Shown piece after piece: positions 55,920 to 57,604 of a stretch of DNA of 57,604 nt (positions are counted from its first letter, which is position 1; each line of letters begins with the position of its first letter). The position numbers and the translations under genes are program-made. This DNA comes from Candidatus Psychracetigena formicireducens (lineage in GTDB: Bacteria; Coprothermobacterota; HKB111), in contig QLTW01000001.1 of NCBI GenBank assembly GCA_018725125.1, positions 1 to 57,604 on the forward strand. The letters are read 5' to 3'. The notes below the pieces were generated by a model. The model had not been told where the DNA came from. It searched no databases and saw nothing but the letters and a program-made list of their open reading frames with translations.

Positions 55920-57485
55920 ATGAAAAAAGAAAAAATGTACAAACAAATTCAAACCTTTAAGAGACAGGGTTATTCCAGGTCAGAGATAGCCGCAGAGCTG
56001 GAAATAGCGCCTAAGACTGCAGCCAAGTATTATGGGATGGATGAGCAGGCCTTCAGGGAGTATCGGATGGAGCACATGTTTCGGGATAAGATGTTTGAAG
56101 AATATGAGAAAGACATCCTGGAAGTGTATGAGAAGAATGAATTTCAGAAGCTTAATATGTCGTCTGTTTATGATTATCTGGAAGAGAGATACGGCACTCT
56201 TGCGGGCAATGAACAGACCTTGCGCAACTACATAGATTATCTTATCCAGACAGATAAGCTGAGGTTGGAGGAGAAGATAAGGCTCTATACGAAAGTACCG
56301 GAGCTACCTTTTGGAAAGCAGATGCAGGTTGATTTTGGCCAATACCGGACGAGAAGTGGTCTTAAGCTCTATATATTCGCTGGAGTGCTTTCGGCAAGTA
56401 GGTATAAGTATGTTATTTTTCAGGACCATCCATTTAAAACAAAGGAAGTCATTCATGATCTTCTCAACTGTTTTTCGTATTTTGGAGGGGTGCCGGAGGA
56501 GATGGTCATTGATCAGGATAATTTAATGGTAGTGAGCGAAAATGCCGGGGACATAATCTACACTGCTGATTTCAAGTATTTTATCGAAGAGCAAGGGATA
56601 AGGATGTATGTTTGCCGGGTGGCGGATCCTGAGACCAAAGGCAAGATTGAGAACCTAATAAAGTATGTCAAGCTCAATTTCCTGGGCATAAGAGATTTTA
56701 AAACTCTTGATGAAGCGAACGAAAGTGTCATGGCCTGGCTTAAGAGAAGGGCAAACGGGAAAATTTCCCAGGCTACCAAGCAAATACCAGCCCTCCTCAT
56801 TCGACACGAAAGAGAACACCTCAGGCCTGCGCGCAACTCCATATTCAGGAAAGACTCTCTTCAAGGCAGAGAGGAGAGAAATGTGAATGAGAAAGCCTGT
56901 ATATCGGTAGATGCATGCGGCTATCAGCTGCCTTCAAAATACAGGAACAGAACGGTTGAGATCTATGTGACAAAACAGAAGCTGTTTGTCTTTGATCTCT
57001 GCACGGGAGAAGAGATTATCGAATATGAGCTTTCTTCTATTCCTGGAAGAATAATATGCAAGAGAGAGTATAAGAGGGAGACAGAGAAAACGGCCCAGGA
57101 GTTGAAAGCGTTAGTTCGAGCGATGTATGAGGGAGAGAACTGGAAGAAGTTTACAGAGAGGAATTTCAAAACCTTTCCTCGATATGTAAGGGACCAATGC
57201 CTGGAAGCGAAAAGATATTTTATGGCGAAGGATATGGACAGGGATATTCTGGAGAGAGCCCTGCTCTACTGTCTGGAGAATGATACTCCGAGTTTTTCGA
57301 ACTTGAATGATACCTATGCCTATTTTAAGCGTGAGTCTGAGGGGATAAAAGATATCCTGCAGGAGAGAGAGGCTCTGGGGCTGGAATCTCATATTAATCA
57401 TGAACCTTTAGATGTCAATCAGAGGAGTTTATCTGTGTACAAAGAGCTCATAGAGAAGAGGGAGAGATTACATGAAAGCCTATGA
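55920..57485 (+). CDS. istA: IS21-family transposase IstA
   Basis: About 520 aa with an N-terminal HTH (GYSRSEIAAELEIAPKTAAKY) and a DDE integrase core (QVDFG..., VIDQDN..., ETKGKIE). ATG 55920 follows ggagtggaa. The track ORF starts 30 nt earlier, at 55890. Confidence 0.9.
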   Translation: MKKEKMYKQIQTFKRQGYSRSEIAAELEIAPKTAAKYYGMDEQAFREYRMEHMFRDKMFEEYEKDILEVYEKNEFQKLNMSSVYDYLEERYGTLAGNEQTLRNYIDYLIQTDKLRLEEKIRLYTKVPELPFGKQMQVDFGQYRTRSGLKLYIFAGVLSASRYKYVIFQDHPFKTKEVIHDLLNCFSYFGGVPEEMVIDQDNLMVVSENAGDIIYTADFKYFIEEQGIRMYVCRVADPETKGKIENLIKYVKLNFLGIRDFKTLDEANESVMAWLKRRANGKISQATKQIPALLIRHEREHLRPARNSIFRKDSLQGREERNVNEKACISVDACGYQLPSKYRNRTVEIYVTKQKLFVFDLCTGEEIIEYELSSIPGRIICKREYKRETEKTAQELKALVRAMYEGENWKKFTERNFKTFPRYVRDQCLEAKRYFMAKDMDRDILERALLYCLENDTPSFSNLNDTYAYFKRESEGIKDILQEREALGLESHINHEPLDVNQRSLSVYKELIEKRERLHESL

Positions 57486-57604
57486 ACAGTCTCTAAACCT
57501 TCTCAACACCCTGAATCTGAAGGGAATCGCCACGAGTCTTGATGAAATGATCCATGATGCAGAAATAAGTAAAACCTCCTATATTACCTTTCTCAACACC
57601 CTAT
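57472..57604 (+). CDS. istB: IS21-family helper ATPase IstB, N-terminal 44 codons (truncated by the window end)
   Basis: ATG 57472 overlaps the istA stop. MKAYEQSLNLLNTLNLKGIATSLDEMIHDAEISKTSYITFLNTL matches the IstB N-terminal helper domain pattern. Confidence 0.75.
   Translation, partial: MKAYEQSLNLLNTLNLKGIATSLDEMIHDAEISKTSYITFLNTL

Larger units (their letters stand above)
55777..57604 (+). mobile_element. IS21-family insertion sequence (left end, istA, 5' part of istB). It continues beyond the window
   Basis: Terminal multi-repeat block, then istA, then an overlapping istB start. Confidence 0.85.

Noticed and set aside
55691-55942. 83-aa minus-strand ORF with GILFTIT repeated four times.
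   Set aside because: It is a translation artefact of the four 24-bp IS21 terminal repeats.

Overview
AT-rich bacterial chromosome segment from an anaerobic amino-acid fermenter. The pepP-efp-asp23-nusB...tlyA-nadK-recN order is Firmicutes-like. About 70 genes are tightly packed. Layout: (1) 1-146, the 3' end of a TnpB (IS200/IS605) gene, then gap-pgk-secG. (2) 2.86-13.9 kb, minus strand: a cobalamin salvage and nucleotide-loop island (cobU, cobT, cobS, cobC, frameshifted cobD) with a BtuFCD-like ABC importer behind a clear cobalamin riboswitch. The island also holds several gene remnants: two non-overlapping halves of cobO, a second cobT, a second ABC ATPase and a pterin-binding methyltransferase. 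(3) 14.0-26.6 kb, plus strand: one long gene string, parA-parB-cdd-tpiA-deoC-recO-glyQ-glyS, running directly into the B12-dependent lysine fermentation genes kdd-kamA-kamD-kamE-kce. It is followed by an aminotransferase, a DtxR/MntR-like regulator, a DUF458 (YkuK) protein and a long archaeal/eukaryote-type ATP-dependent DNA ligase. (4) 30.5-54.0 kb, minus strand: ApbA/PanE-like reductase, NUDIX hydrolase, 4-subunit 2-oxoacid:ferredoxin oxidoreductase, a buk-ptb-ptb-buk block whose two ptb paralogs share a perfect 311-bp tract, recN, nadK, tlyA, acyP, nusB, asp23, efp, pepP, pilMNO with four pseudopilins, an M20 peptidase, and a BadF-type kinase / PIG-L deacetylase / GH4 glycosidase operon. 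(5) 54.05-57.6 kb: mobile-element debris. This holds a GC-rich, ORF-poor, helix-dense ~0.55 kb segment that I could not assign to any RNA family, a 34-bp tandem hairpin repeat, a doubly truncated DDE transposase, and an IS21-family element (four 24-bp terminal repeats, istA, start of istB) inserted into that transposase. I saw no CRISPR array, rRNA, tRNA or recognisable defence system. The best candidates for something undescribed are the unclassified structured-RNA-like block at 54.2-54.8 kb, the two PP-loop ATP-pyrophosphatase genes embedded in the cob island, and the regulator-DUF458-ligase module.
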